In this document: positions 46,542 through 59,489 of the stretch, piece after piece
Position numbering within the stretch: position 1 is the first letter of the stretch
Layout of the letters: each line of letters opens with the position of its first letter
Assembly: GCA_950097015.1 (NCBI GenBank)
Contig: CATNEN010000001.1
Coordinates: 11,594,001-11,658,000, forward strand
Source of the DNA: Macrostomum hystrix
Taxonomy: Eukaryota > Animalia > Platyhelminthes
Direction of reading: 5' to 3'
Length of the DNA: 64,000 bases
The notes under the pieces: generated by a model
What the model saw: only the letters and a program-made list of their open reading frames with translations
Database searches by the model: none
What the model was told of the DNA's origin: nothing
Translations under genes and position numbers: made by a program

Positions 46542-46865
46542 ATGGCCAACCAGGATTACGACCGCCGCCCCGGCCAGAAGTTCGTAGATGTCGACATCCG
46601 GGGACGGCCGGTCCTGAAGGCCGACGCGGCCACCCAGGTGACCGCGGAGGAGATCGATGGCGGCCTGACGACCGCCACATCTACATCCGACCTCCAGGCC
46701 CTGTACCTGGAGGACTGCTACACCACAATACAGGCGCAAGGCACCTGGGTGGCCCAGGGCGTCTATCAGCCCGAGCCGACACCAAGGGAATGGCCAACTC
46801 CGGTGGCACTGAGGCGGTATTACCGCGGAAAGTATCCAGAGCCGCCGGAGGAGGGCCAGTTTTAG
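46542..46865 (+). CDS. ORF110 family protein
   Basis: Intact 107-aa homolog. Confidence 0.85.
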   Translation: MANQDYDRRPGQKFVDVDIRGRPVLKADAATQVTAEEIDGGLTTATSTSDLQALYLEDCYTTIQAQGTWVAQGVYQPEPTPREWPTPVALRRYYRGKYPEPPEEGQF

Positions 46866-47042
46866 AACTATTTCATAACAATGACTAATACAAAATTGTC
46901 TATTTAACATTTTAATTAAATTTCAGATTTCTCCGCCTTATATGTTCTCAAACCTACTAGCAGTAGATAGATTAGCAACTAGAGTAAGAAAACAGGTTGC
47001 ATCTCCCTTGACTAGCCAAGGATTTCTTCAAAAGGGGGATGA

Positions 47043-48013
47043 TATAAGACTTAGAAATCTGAAGGGAATTTAAGTGAGCGTTAGTTGGTAACTAAAACTA
47101 AAAATAGCAACAGCAGAAAGAGCGAGCAACTGAAAGGAGAATGATTAGACAAAACCCGCCCTGAGATCAATTAATCATTTCAGCACAAACCCAGCGCGGC
47201 AGGGCAGCAGCGGTGCTGACGTGGAGCTGCCTGAGACCGGATCCGCGGCTGTGCTGACGTGGAGCTGCCTGAGACCGGACCCGAGGCTGTGCTGACGTGG
47301 AACCACCCGAGACCGGACCTGCAGCTGCGCTGACGTGGAGCTGCTGGTATCAACCCGGCCTGTCCCGACCCACAGCTGCCTGAATCGACCCAACCCAGCC
47401 GAAACTGGAGCCGCCCGGAACTGTTCGGGAACGAGATCTGGAGGAGCCCGGGATCGCACAAGAAGACGGGATCGATGAAAGGAGAGGGGATAACGAACAA
47501 TAGGAAAGAGATCTCAGTAGAGGGAGGAACGCATCCTAACTCAGCTAAGGCATTTTAAGAATTTTACCCACCCTCCATAGGAGAGGGGTTGGCGTGCCTG
47601 CCAACCAAGTAGCACAATGATTAATGACTGTAATAGACTAGAGGCTGCGACCTCAACCCGCATAAATTCTCTCGCCAGATGTTGCTACGGTATTGCCCCC
47701 CTCGGATCGAGGGGTTTTAAAGATAATATATATATCGGTGCAGAGCGCGGGAAAAGATCCGCCGCTCCAGTTAGTTATAGACTCACTTCGAGTTCCGTTT
47801 AGATAAACTAGAAAATCATTGTGTTTGCGTTCTTTCTTAAGTAGGATCAGCGATAACGATCCAGAGAGATCACTACGACCAGCCGAAATACTGAGCTTCG
47901 ATAGTCGTTAGGAGTTATAGCCTTCAAGACCTTTAGACTGCAATAAACCGCTAGACAAACTATAGGAAAACTACAAGTGAAGAAGAAGAGACATCAAAAC
48001 TTGAAGCGCTATA
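47043..48013 (+). repeat. 3' LTR (TATA...TATA), near-identical to 30927-31897
   Basis: PPT and terminal motifs. Confidence 0.92.
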
Positions 48014-48420
48014 GCCCAGGCGTTCTTTCAAGTGGCCCTGTATGAGGACAGTAGGAAGTACTGCGGGATTTCTACACCGGACGGAGAAACCCTAGTCTTC
48101 TTACGGGCACCGATGGGATTACAATCGAGCCCGGCGGCCTTGTCTAGAGCTGCCAGCATCATCCTCAAAGGCATCGAGAGAGTCTCTACATATGTGGACG
48201 ATTTGCTAGTATTCACGGAAACCTTTGAGCTGAAACTCCAGAAATGTCGATTTGCGCAACCCAGCATTACCTTCCTGGGACACAAGATCGACCAGAACGG
48301 CATCCAGATAGATCGCACTCTAGTGGACAAAGTACAAAAGGTATCCAAGCCCGACAATGTAACTCAGTTAAGAGCATTCCTCGGACTGTAATTTTTTCAG
48401 GAAACATGTCCCACATTATG
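48014..48420 (+). pseudogene. pol: RT fragment (YVDD) with internal deletion, closely related to 39101-39567
   Basis: Near-identical peptide. Confidence 0.9.
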
Positions 48421-48727
48421 GACAACACTATGAATCAAATCATGTTATTATCCTGAGAATCCCAGAAATGTTATTATTCACTTGAGACCTCAAGGAACGT
48501 ATATTCGCTATCAATACAACGTATTTCGGTTTCGGTTTCTTTAAAAACCTCATAACTTATTTCTGTTAAACTCAATTTCAATTGAATTTAAACATTAACT
48601 ACAATAGATAGGCAGTAGCAACAAGTACGCCAGAAAGAACTTAGGAGGAAGTCCAGGAAAATAACCTGAGGGATAAAGAAAAACGCATAGGAAAGCCACA
48701 TATCCTGGACACCTTTCAGCAATAACG

Positions 48728-49050
48728 ATGGCCGACATCGATTACAGCCGCCGCCCTGGAAAAAAATTTGTCGACATCGACATCAGGGGGCGGCCGGTCC
48801 TGAAGGCCGACGCGGCCACGCAGGTGGCAGAGGAGGAAATCGACGGCGGCCTGACGGTCGCCACGTCGACAACCGACCTTAGAGAACCCTACGTAGACGA
48901 TTTTTATCCTACTAGGCAGGTGCACGGCACGTAGCCACCAGAGACCACCTATCGGCCTGAGCACACCACCAGGCAGTGGCCCACCATCGATTGTCTCCGG
49001 CGTTATTACCGGGACAAATATCAGGTGCCACTGCTGGATGGCTACTACCC
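48728..49050 (+). pseudogene. ORF110 family, premature stop at 48932-48934
   Basis: Homology continues past the stop. Confidence 0.8.
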
Positions 49051-49278
49051 GTACTTTTATAATTTTGAGTAAATAGTAAAACTATATTTATCTACGGTGC
49101 AGGTCAAATACATTTATTGACTTCGTTTTTCATCAAGTATCAGATTGATGTCAAGATATCAGATTTAAACGTCTTAAATGTTCACACATCTACTAGCAGT
49201 AAGCAGATTAGCAACTGGAGTAAGAAAATAGGCTGCATCTCCCTTGACCAGTCAAGGATTTCTTCAAAAGGGGGATGA

Positions 49279-49637
49279 TATAAGACTTAGAAATCTGAAA
49301 AGAACTCGAGAGAAAACTTTCGCCTAGAGGTCAAGCAACTAAGAATAGATAGATTAGATATATACTCGCCCCGAGTTTTCACTAACATTTCAGCGCAACA
49401 CGGCCCGGTCCAACTCAACCTGGTATGGTCCGATACGACACGGCCCGGCCCAATCTGACCCGATCCTGCCCGACGTAGGTCCAACGTGACATGGACCCGC
49501 CCGGACTCACCCGACCTGGCACGGCCTGACGCGACCTGGCCCGGCCATGCCTACAACATCGGAGCCTGCCTGAGCCCTATCTGGAGATGAGACCTGGAAG
49601 AGGCCGGGACCGCCCAAGAAGACCTGGAGCGACGGAG
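49279..49637 (+). repeat. 3'-truncated LTR (24553/61277 subfamily) after a PPT
   Basis: Sequence match to those LTRs. Confidence 0.85.
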
Positions 49638-49995
49638 ACTAAATCAGAACACACTATATTATAACACATGCTACATTGCTATAACCATTACAATGTTATA
49701 ATTCAAATCATGTTATCGTCCAGCGAGGCCCAGAAATGTTATTAATCAACTGGGACCTCAAGGAGCATATATTCCTATTAAAATTGATTATCGAGGAATA
49801 ATATTTATGCCTTGTTAAAAGCCTCACCTCGGTCTAACTAAATTTCGATTGAACTTTAGAAGTCAACAATAGTAGATAGGCAGTAGCAACAAGTACGCCA
49901 GAGAGAAATTAGGAGGACGTTCAGGAAAATAAGCAGAGGGATGAAGTAAACGTATAGGAAAGTCACACGCCTCGGACACCTTTGCAGCACGTACC

Positions 49996-50325
49996 ATGGC
50001 CGATAAGGATTATAACCGCCGCCCCGGAGAAAAATTTGTCGACATTAACATCCGAGGGCGGCCGGTGGTGAAGGTCGATGCGGTCACGCAGGTGACCGAA
50101 GAAGACATCGACGGTGGCATAACGACCGCCACGTCCACAACTGACCTCCAGGAACTTTACCTGGAGGACCTATATGTCACTAGGCAAGCACAAGGCACCT
50201 GGGAGGCCCAGGGCGACTATCAGCCCGAGCCGAAACCTAAACATCCGCCGTGGCCCACCATCCGAACCCTCCGACGATACGCCAGAGAACAGTACCCCGA
50301 ACCGCCGGAGGATGGACAATTTTAA
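49996..50325 (+). CDS. ORF110 family protein
   Basis: Intact 109-aa homolog. Confidence 0.85.
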   Translation: MADKDYNRRPGEKFVDINIRGRPVVKVDAVTQVTEEDIDGGITTATSTTDLQELYLEDLYVTRQAQGTWEAQGDYQPEPKPKHPPWPTIRTLRRYAREQYPEPPEDGQF

Positions 50326-50572
50326 CGATCGAATACTAATTAACTCAGGATTCAAAACCACGCATACTCACAACATATTATTCACTATTTACAACAATGC
50401 TTAAACAAATGAATTACACACTTACCCATTTAGCCTCTTAATCTAATCGTTTCAGATTTCACCGTCTTATATGCTCACATACCTACCAGCAGTAGACAGA
50501 TTACCAATTCGAGTAAGACAATAGATTGCATTTCCCTTGACCAGTCAAGGATTTCTTCAAAAAAGGGGTTGA

Positions 50573-51474
50573 TATAAGACTTAGAAATCTGAAGGGAATT
50601 CAAGAGTTCGCTAGCAGAAAGCTAAAAGCTAAAAATAGCAACAGCAGAGAGGGCAAACAACCAAGGGGAGAGACTGGACAAAAACCCGCCCCGAAGTCAC
50701 TTCATCATTTCAGCTCAGGCCGGGTCGGCATGGCAACAGCGGTGCTGACGTGGAACTGCCTGAGACCGGATCCGCAGCTGTACTGACGCGGCGCTGCCAG
50801 AATCAACCCGGTCTGTCCCTGCCTGCAGCTGACGGCGTCGGCCCAGCCCAGCCCGCATTGGGAGCCGCCTGGGCCCGGCCGGGAACGAGAGCTGGAGGAG
50901 GACGGAACCGTACAAGAAAACGGGATCGATAAAAGGCGAAGGAATAACGAACGGTGGGAGAGAAGTTTCAGTGGAAGTGGGAACACATCCTAACTCAACT
51001 AATGCGTTTTTAAGACTGTAACTCACCCTCCATGGGAAAGGGGTTGGCGTGCCTGCCAACCAACTAGTTAACGTTAATGACTGTACTAGGCTGGAGGCTG
51101 CGACCTCACTCAACACAAATCCTCATGAGTACTGTTGCTACGGTATTGCCTTCCCTCGGATCGAGGGGTTTTGAAGACATCATATATATCAGAGCGGAGC
51201 GCGGAAAAAGGACCGCCGCTCCAGTTAGTTAGAGATTATATTTGAGTTCGGTTGAGCTAAGTCTATCAGAAAACTCAGTGTTTTTGTGTTATATCTTGAG
51301 TAGAAGCTAAGGTAGCGATCCAGAGAGATCATCACAGCCAGCCGGTATACTGAGTGTCGATAGTCGTTAGGAGTTATAGCCTTCAAGACATCTAGACTGC
51401 AATAAACCGCTAGACTAATTATATTTTGAAAGACACCAAAATCGAAGAGAGATTAGAAAGCTTGAAGCGCTATA
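50573..51474 (+). repeat. 3' LTR (TATA...TATA); right flank is the EDGQF* tail of another ORF110 copy
   Basis: PPT and terminal motifs. Confidence 0.9.
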
Positions 51475-51672
51475 GCGGGAGGATGGACAATTTTAACTAT
51501 GTTATGAACCTGTAACTAAATATAATTATTTATTAAACTTCTTCATAGAGTTTCAGATTTCAACGTCTTATATGTTTACAAGGCTACTAGAAGTAGGACG
51601 ATTAGCAACGAAAATAAGGCAATAAGCTGCATCTCCCTTGACCAGTCAAGGATTTCTTCAAAAGGGGGATGA

Positions 51673-52529
51673 TATAAGACTTAGAAATCTGAAAATAACT
51701 TAAGAGAAAACTTTCGCCTAAAGGGCAAGCAACTAAGAATAGACAGATTAGATAAACACTCGCCCCGAGTTTTCACTTTCATTTCAGCGCAACACAACAC
51801 GGCTCAAACGGGACCTGGTACGGCCCGACACGACACGGCCCGGCCGAATCTGACCTGATCTTGAACGACGTCAGTCCAACGCGATCTGTACCTGCCTGGA
51901 CTTACCCGACCGGGCACGGCCTGATGCAACCTGGCCCGGTCCTGCCTGCGATATCAGAGCCGGCCTGGGCCCTATCTGGAGAGGAGAAGACCGAGAGCGC
52001 CCAAGAAGATCTGATTGACGATGGCGACAACAAACATTAGACACCATAGAAACGGGAACTTTTCCTAACTCAACCAACGCGTTTAGGCCTTTGACCCGCC
52101 CTCCATAGGACAGGGGTTGGCGTGCCTGCCAACCAAGTATTCTAATGTTTTGTGCTGATTTGGACTCGGGGCTGCGACCCCACTCGACCCATTATCACCA
52201 AGCGCTCTGATTGATAAAGTTTTATCACCCTCCCAAGTGAGGGAGTTTCAAACAATATATAAATCGAAGCGGAGCGCGGGAAAAAGAACCACCGCTGATT
52301 TTAGTTAGAGAGTCATCTCTGCGTTCTATCAAGTTAGCAATTTAACACAACTTACTGCATTTGAGTTCGATCTTCATTGACTTCAGAGAGAGGAATCCGA
52401 GAGACAGCATCAATCAGCCGTGACACTGAGAGCGATAGTTGTTAGGAGTATAGCCTTCAAAACAAGAGACTGCAACAGACCGCTAGACTACATTGACACC
52501 AGAGAGACAACAAAACTTGAAGCGCTATA
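51673..52529 (+). repeat. 3' LTR (TATA...TATA); right flank is an ORF110 C-terminal half (52530-52691)
   Basis: PPT and terminal motifs; the flank reads YLED...YQPEP..WPT..RRYYREKYPEPPEDGEL*. Confidence 0.9.
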
Positions 52530-52749
52530 TATCTGGAGGACAGGTACGTCACGCGGGCGACACGGAGCGCCAGGGAGGCGTCGGGCGATTATCAGCCCGA
52601 GCCGGCCTCCAAGGTGTGGCCCACCCCGGCGGCAATGCGGCGGTATTACCGCGAAAAATACCCGGAGCCGCCGGAGGATGGCGAATTGTAACACTCGAAT
52701 TTCTTATTCAACAATTTTGACAATTTTAACAATTGACTCCATTTTAACC

Positions 52750-55667
52750 TAGATGGAGTGGCTGCCCTGCTGGGCGGCGCCATCACAGAGGCCTACGAAA
52801 TGGCTTGCCCGCTCAAAGCCTACAAAGGCAAAAAATCGGCCCCCTGGTGGAAACCCGAGCTCGGAGTCCTGAGACGTCGAGCAAAGGCTCTCCAGAGGAG
52901 GATGAAAATCTCGCACGACCCTGATGACAAAGAGGCCTATACTCGCGCCATCCATGAGTTTAAGGGCCGGGTCAGAAGGGCAAAAGCGGACAAGTGGCGA
53001 CAATACTGCGAAGGGCTTGAGGGCTCGCGGCCCACGGCCCGCGTGGTAAAGGCGCTCACCAACGACCGCTTCTCCAAGCTGTCATCGATCAAAAAGCCAG
53101 ACGGCTCGATCACGGAGCGCCCGGAGGAAACGCTCGAGCTTATGCTAGGGCATTTCTTCCCGAGTGTACCGGCGCACTTTGGCCCAGACGACCACTCACG
53201 TGGAGGTCAGGGCCTGGCTCAGTCACTCGTCACGAATGACCGCATCGTTCGCGCGGCAAAGTCATTCAACCCTTTCAAAGCACCTGGGCCAGATGGCATC
53301 TATCCGGCCTTTTTGCATGAAGCGGTCAAAAATGGCCGCTTCCTCCATCTCCTCTGCCGACTTCTACGGGCCTGCATCGTGCTGGGCTATGTACCAGCGC
53401 TGTGGCACGAAGCCCGGGTCGTCTTCATCCCGAAGCCCGCCAAAGGCGACTATCGCTCGGTCAAGTCCTATCGCCCGATAAGTTTGACTTCCACCTGCCT
53501 CAAGCTCATGGAAAGACTGGTGCTTTGGCGCCTTCTTACTGTAGAGCTAGGGCGGGCCCCGCTCTCCCCAAACCAGCACGCCTTTCGGGCGGGCCGGTCC
53601 ACGGAGAGCGCCCTCCACTGCATCGTGGAGACTCTCGAGAAGGCAGTGCTGGGCAGCGGTTTTGCCCTGGCTGTCTTCCTAGACATTGAGGGGGCCTTCG
53701 ATAACGTTGTTTTCGAAGCTTTTGAGGAGGCCCTGGTCTCCAGGGCCACTCACCCCCACCTCGTTCGCTGGGTCATGTACATGATCCGGCATCGCCACGT
53801 GGTGGCCCACCTCGAAGGAAGGCTGCTCTCGGCACCTGTCCTAAAAGGAGGGCCCCAAGGCGGCGTCCTCACCCCACTGCTGTGGAATCTCGTCATGGAT
53901 GAGCTGCTCAAAAGCACTCGTCCAGACCCAGTCCTGAAGGTGGGATATGCCGACGATGTGACCGCCATCTGCGCGGGCCCCTCGGCGGAAACCACCAGAG
54001 ACCTCATCCAGGGCTTTATCAACAGGGCGGTGCGCTGGGCGGACCAATGCGGGCTCCGACTCTCTGAGTCCAAGACCGTTGCGGTTATGTTTACCAGCAA
54101 ACTGCTCTGGACCATTAAGCCTCTGACTCTCTATGGCAAGAATATTGCCATGGAAAAGCAGGTCCGGTGCCTTGGTCTCGTGCTAGACTATAGGCTTAAC
54201 TGGACCCCACACATCACCACAAAGGCCAAGAGGGCCCTGGCCATACTGGCGCAAGTCAGGCGTGCCGTGGGCACCACTTGGGGGCTAACCCCCAAGAACC
54301 TTTGGTGGATTTACACGGCGATCATTAGACCGTCCGTCGCTTACGCTGGCCTCATCTGGGCCAGCGCCATGGGCATCCAGAAAAACCTGGAGGCGCTTTA
54401 TAGGGTGCAGGGCAGAGCCTGTCGTATAACGCTGGGCGCCCCACCCTCCACTCCCTTCGAAGGCATGAATGCTTTCCTCAACGCTACACCAATTGACATT
54501 TTCGTCAAGGGGGAAGCAGCAAAGTCCACCCGTCGTCTTCTTGATGCGGGTGTCTCCTTCCAGAATTCGCGAGCCTTCTCGAAGCGCTCCCTTCTGCCTC
54601 ACTCTGACCTCTGCCTGAAAACTCTGGGCGAGTGCGGAGGGCTCACCATCCTTTCGGATGGGGCCCCGGCCACTTTACTCCGGAGCCACAGGTACAAAGT
54701 CAGCATCTCCCCTCGTAATGAGGTAAAGGACTGCTGGGATGACCCGGCAGTCCACTGTTACACTGACGGCTCTCTGATGAACGGTAAATCGGGATTCGGA
54801 GTGTGCGTCGCCTCGGGTGGTGAGGTCCTCTGGACCCACTCCCAATACTGTGGCAAGAGTCAAGCAGCCCTCAAGGCCCTCAGCCGCTGCACCTCTCGCT
54901 CCAGAACCACCTTGGACTGCAACACCCAGTTAAACGGGTTGGCGCAGTCTAACAAGGTGGAGCTGCTGTGGATCCCTGGGCATGCCGGGTTCACAGGGAA
55001 TGAGATGGCGGACCAGCTTGCTAAGGCTGGAGCAGCCAGCTCCCTGATGGGCCCGGGCCCGGAGTCCCCGATCCCCATCTCAGTTGTCAAATCCAGCATC
55101 AACTGCTGGATGGAGACCCAGCACCGGAGGAGGTGGTCCAACACCCTGAACTGTCGCCAGTCTAGGGCTGCGGTGCCAACCCCCTCTAGTAACCTGCGTA
55201 AGGCCTTACTCAGGCTTAACCGCAGAGACCTAAGAGCAGTCACTATGGCTCTTTCGGGACATGGCTGCTTCACCAGACACCGCTACCTTCAAGGCCACGT
55301 GCCTGAGGAAACGTGTCCCTTCTGCTGCTCCGGACGCGAAAATGCAGAGCATTTCATCTGCCACTGCCCGGCCTTCACCCGGGCCAGGCTAAAACATCTC
55401 GGGCCGGCACCGACTCTCGCCGAAGTCTGCTCGCCCGAGAACATCCCAGAGCTCGCCCACTTCCTCCGGGATACCGGCCGAGCTGATTTCTTCCCAGCCT
55501 ATGGCGAGGAAGATCGCGCGGCGGAATCGACCGACGGACCACCCTGAGCGGCACCGCCTCGCTGGACGCTGTCTGGCTGCCAGGGGTTAGCGATATGGGC
55601 GGCATCTGCCGCCTCCTCGCTGCGTCCGTCATGGAGGCTCCCTGCCGCTAAGTCAAAGTAAGTCAAT
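52750..55667 (+). mobile_element. 5'-truncated LOA/Lian-like LINE, sister family of 2192-7426 (RT-RNase H-CCHC ORF 52758-55547; deletion in RNase H)
   Basis: KAPGPDG, YRPISL, PQGGVL, YADD, TDGS, WIPGH; tail TAAGTCAAAGTAAGTCAA; no clear TSD. Confidence 0.92.
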
Positions 55668-55844
55668 ACCATATCCAGTAGGGATTCAATAAAGGGATCA
55701 ATCTCAGATTTCACCGTTTTATATACTCACAGACTCACTAGCAGTAGACAGATCAGCAATTCGAGGAAGACCTGGAGAATAACCTAAGGAATAAAAGAAA
55801 AACGCCTAGGAAAGCCACTTATCTTGGAAAACCTTTCCAGCGCG

Positions 55845-55885
55845 ATGGCCAACAAAGAGTACGACCGCCACCCCGGCCAGAAGTT
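55845..55885 (+). pseudogene. ORF110 N-terminal fragment
   Basis: MANKEYDRHPGQK. Confidence 0.7.
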
Positions 55886-56079
55886 GAAATTAAAATTGCT
55901 TATCAATGAATAACACTTATGCCTTGCTTAAAAAAACTTCACTTCTGTCTAACTAAATTTCAACTGTATTATAGAAGCCAACGATAATAGATAAAACAGT
56001 AGCAACAAGTGTCAGAAGAAAATTGGAGGACATTAAGGACAATAAGCTGAGGAATGCAGTAAACGTGCAGGAAAGCAAC

Positions 56080-56777
56080 TGAAATATTTTAGATTCGTCT
56101 CTAATCTATCTATGTCTAGCTTAATAAATATTCTTGTTATATTCGATTGTTGTTTCTGACAATAGCCAATTACTGAAGGCTATTTCTAAGAAATAAGGAG
56201 GCGTGGGAAATCGACTATCTTTTCCTGATGTTACACACACTTTAGATATTATGCTTTCAATCGGATTATATTTAGATGGTCTTAGAATAAGCAATCACAA
56301 AGATGGACCTTCCTATAAAATTTACTGAGAGGTGTTTCCCAAACACAAACGGTAGGTGGTTACTTACGGATCCTCTTTGAGATCACAGCTGGGGGGAGAG
56401 AGGTCTTTTAATAAAAGGTTGGGTGGGAGTTCAAGGAATTCTAACTTCAATGGAATGAACTAAAGTTCAACTAAAGTATATTCAAAACTTTGTAGCTTGC
56501 CTGGGATGGAAAAGGCTAGCAAAGAGAGTGAGTGAGTTTTTAAGCACGGCTTGCTTGTACTAAAAGATTTCGGAGAGGACAAGGGTTGGGGCAACACTTT
56601 TCTCTCAGTGCAAGAACTTTTATAGTGCTGACCAAAGGCGGTCATTCGACAGGAGACTCTGAGCGAATCCTGGAGCTCTTGCATACGCATTTTCGCATAA
56701 TAGGAAAACAGGATATTTTTGGTTTTTTTATCAGCGCATATAGGTGTGAATCGCATGGGCCAAACTGTAACACTTCA
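56080..56777 (-). mobile_element. Solo LTR (family B, TGAA...TTCA) in reverse orientation with 4-bp TSD CAAC
   Basis: CAAC at 56076-56079 and 56778-56781; inverted copy of 57454-58156. Confidence 0.88.
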
Positions 56778-56806
56778 CAACATGTCTTGGACACCCTTCA
56801 AGCACA

Positions 56807-57136
56807 ATGGCCTACAATGATTATGACCGCCGTCCAGGCCACAAATACGTGGACATTAACATACAGGGGCAGCCGGTGGTAAAGGCCGACGCCACCACTC
56901 AAGTGTCCGAGGAGGACATTGATGGCGGACTGTCAACCGCTACCTCAACATCGGATCTCGGGGCCTTGTACCTGGATGATTTGTATCCCACTTTGGAGAT
57001 CAAAGGCTCGTGGACAGCGATGGGCGATTATCAGCCCGAGCCGGCGCCCCGACACCCTCCATGGCCAACGAAATAAAGCCACCGGCGGTACTACCGAAAG
57101 GAGTACCCAGAGCCGCCGGAGGACGGCCAATTTTGA
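56807..57136 (+). pseudogene. ORF110 family, disrupted near 57075
   Basis: Homology runs to ...PEPPEDGQF*. Confidence 0.8.
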
Positions 57137-57283
57137 AACGGACAACATATTTAAAAGACAACGATATCCATTTGATTGTTCTCTACTCTACTTGTAGATG
57201 TGTCTCTACTAACTTTATAAATTCAATAATGCTATAATAGGAAGTTTTAAGTAAAAATAAGTTGGCTCCTTTAAATACGCAAT

Positions 57284-57453
57284 CGGGATCGATAAAAGGC
57301 GAGGGAATAACGAACGGTGGGAGAGAAGTTTCAGTGGAAGTGGGAACACATCCTAACTCAACTAATGCGTTTTAAAGACTGTAACTCTCCCTCCATGGGA
57401 AAGGGGTTGGTGTGCCTGCCAACCAACTAGTTTAACGTTAATAACTGTACTAG
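57284..57453 (+). repeat. Internal fragment of a TATA-family LTR
   Basis: Matches ~26674-26843. Confidence 0.85.
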
Positions 57454-58156
57454 TGAAGTGTTACAATTTAACCCATGCGATTCACACCTATATGTACTGA
57501 TAAAAAACCAAAAATATCCTGTTTTCCTATTATGCGAAAATGCGTATGCAAGAGCTTCAGGATTCGCTCAAAGTCTCCTGTCGAATGACCGCCTTTGGTC
57601 AAGCACTATAAAAGTTCTTGCACTGAGAGAAAAGTGTTTCCCCAACCCTTGTCCTCTCCGAAATCTTTTAGCACAAGCAAGCCGTGCTTAAAAAACTCAC
57701 TCACTCTCTTTGCTAGCCTTTTCTATCCCAGGCAAGCTACAAAGTTTTGAATATACTTTAGTTGAACTTTAGTTCATTCCATTGAAGTTAGAATTCCTTG
57801 AACTCCCACCCAACCTTTTATTAAAGACCTCTCTCCCCCCCCCCAGCTGTGAACTCAAAAGAGGATCCGTAAGTAACCACCTACCGTTTGTGTTTGGGAA
57901 ACACCTCTCAGTAAATTTTATAGGAAGTTCCATCTTTGTGATTGCTTATTCTAAGACCATCTAAATATAATCCGATTGAGGGCATAATATCTAAAGTGTG
58001 TGTAAGATCAGGAAAAGATAGTCGATTTCCCACGCCTCCTTATTTCTTAGAAATAGCCTTCAGTAATTGGCTATTGTCAGAAACAACAATCGAATATAAC
58101 AAGAATATTTATTAAGCTAGACATAGATAGATTAGAGACGAAACTAAAATATTTCA
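57454..58156 (+). repeat. 5' LTR of family B (TGAAG...TTTCA)
   Basis: Boundaries set by the solo copy; followed by TGG PBS. Confidence 0.85.
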
Positions 58157-58157
58157 C

Positions 58158-58219
58158 TGGTTCCCTGACCGGGAGTCGAACCCGGGCCTTCCACGTGACA
58201 GGCGGAGATACTGACCACT
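58158..58219 (-). other. 62-nt CCA-containing, 5'-truncated tRNA copy (GTC anticodon) acting as an extended PBS
   Basis: Minus strand: AGTGGTCAGTATCTCCGC-CTGTCAC-GTGGAAGGC-CCGGGTTCGACTCCCGG-TCAGGGA-A-CCA. Confidence 0.88.
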
Positions 58220-58559
58220 TCCTCAATTCCTCCTTCGCAGGTAAACACAAATCTCATTTCCTGCCTGTCAACCGTAATTCCCTATTACTATAAAAGCTTT
58301 CCCCCTCTCTTCACAACCACTATCCTCAAACTCAACTAAACTCAGTCATTCTGCATCTCCTCTGCGATCCGACCTACCTGCCGCATCCTTCACCGTGTCT
58401 ACTGAAGAACTGCTAGTGCCATCCTGATCGATACCGGCCACTCTACACCCTCTCGCTGCCTGGCATTGCATTGACTACGACATTGTGACTGCTTTTCGAT
58501 TTCACTTCTCTTCTTTGTCCATCCCTTTCGTCTATCTTTTCCCACATTGTCCTTCCAAA

Positions 58560-59441
58560 ATGGACACATCATGTACTCTCTTCAACTTCTACACATACTG
58601 GCGTGATCTCTCCCTCTGTCCTAGTTCTCTTGAACGATTCATTTGTCTCCTAGGTGAGCTCGGGTGGGGTCCCATTCTAGCCGGCATCACTGGTAATCCT
58701 CCTCGGAAGGCTATTCTTACTCTTCCCTCTACTATCATTCATCTCATTACTCTTTTTTTATACCGTTTCTACGGCCTTACCTACGGGGACCCTGAACACC
58801 AACCAATATCTCTCGAGCGCCCATGGAGTCCGCGATTCGATTGTGCTTTTATCCGCAATCGTTACCCTTTGCGCACCTACCTCATCCTTATGGGAATTCG
58901 ATTCCAGATTCCCACTCTCCTTTTCCTGGGCCTTCTTTGTCGCGCCCTTGAATTCTCTTTCCTCACTCGCCGTTCCCATATTAATTATCTATATGACCAT
59001 CTCTACGACGGCATATCTGAAGAAGTCCGCGAATCCATTGAAGACTTGCTCCAGAATTACTTCATGGATGTTCCCACAAACCCGTGGTGGCGACCCATTT
59101 ACCAACCCCGTAGCCTTCTCTCCATTGCCCGCCAGTCCTTCTGGGATCAACACACCCGCCTCAGGGCGCGGAGAGACCCCAGGGCGACGATCCTAGAATC
59201 CCAAGCCGAGGCTCTCCCTATCCCTGCCCGCCGCATCTTGATAGGAGCCCGCCATATAGACCCAAATTTCTATTTTAATAACGATTTCCCGCTTCCGGCT
59301 ATTCAAGTGTCTATACCTCCACCTAAACCCTACACTAATATTAATGCTTCCCTCTTCTCCCTCTTTTCTCGTCCTGATCGTTTCTCTGACTACGCTACTG
59401 AAATCTTTTCAATCCCATCCTGGCTCTTCAATTCCAACTGA
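58560..59441 (+). CDS. Orphan ~293-aa protein in family B element
   Basis: Long ATG-initiated ORF on a pyrimidine-rich strand; TATAAAA near 58289; no motif recognised. Confidence 0.5.
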   Translation: MDTSCTLFNFYTYWRDLSLCPSSLERFICLLGELGWGPILAGITGNPPRKAILTLPSTIIHLITLFLYRFYGLTYGDPEHQPISLERPWSPRFDCAFIRNRYPLRTYLILMGIRFQIPTLLFLGLLCRALEFSFLTRRSHINYLYDHLYDGISEEVRESIEDLLQNYFMDVPTNPWWRPIYQPRSLLSIARQSFWDQHTRLRARRDPRATILESQAEALPIPARRILIGARHIDPNFYFNNDFPLPAIQVSIPPPKPYTNINASLFSLFSRPDRFSDYATEIFSIPSWLFNSN

Positions 59442-59489
59442 AATCAACCCGAATACTACGAGTTGTTTATTTATATCGTACTTTATTAA

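Noticed and set aside
58158-58219. Functional tRNA-Asp gene
   Set aside because: The 5' acceptor strand is missing, CCA is encoded, and it sits exactly at the PBS position
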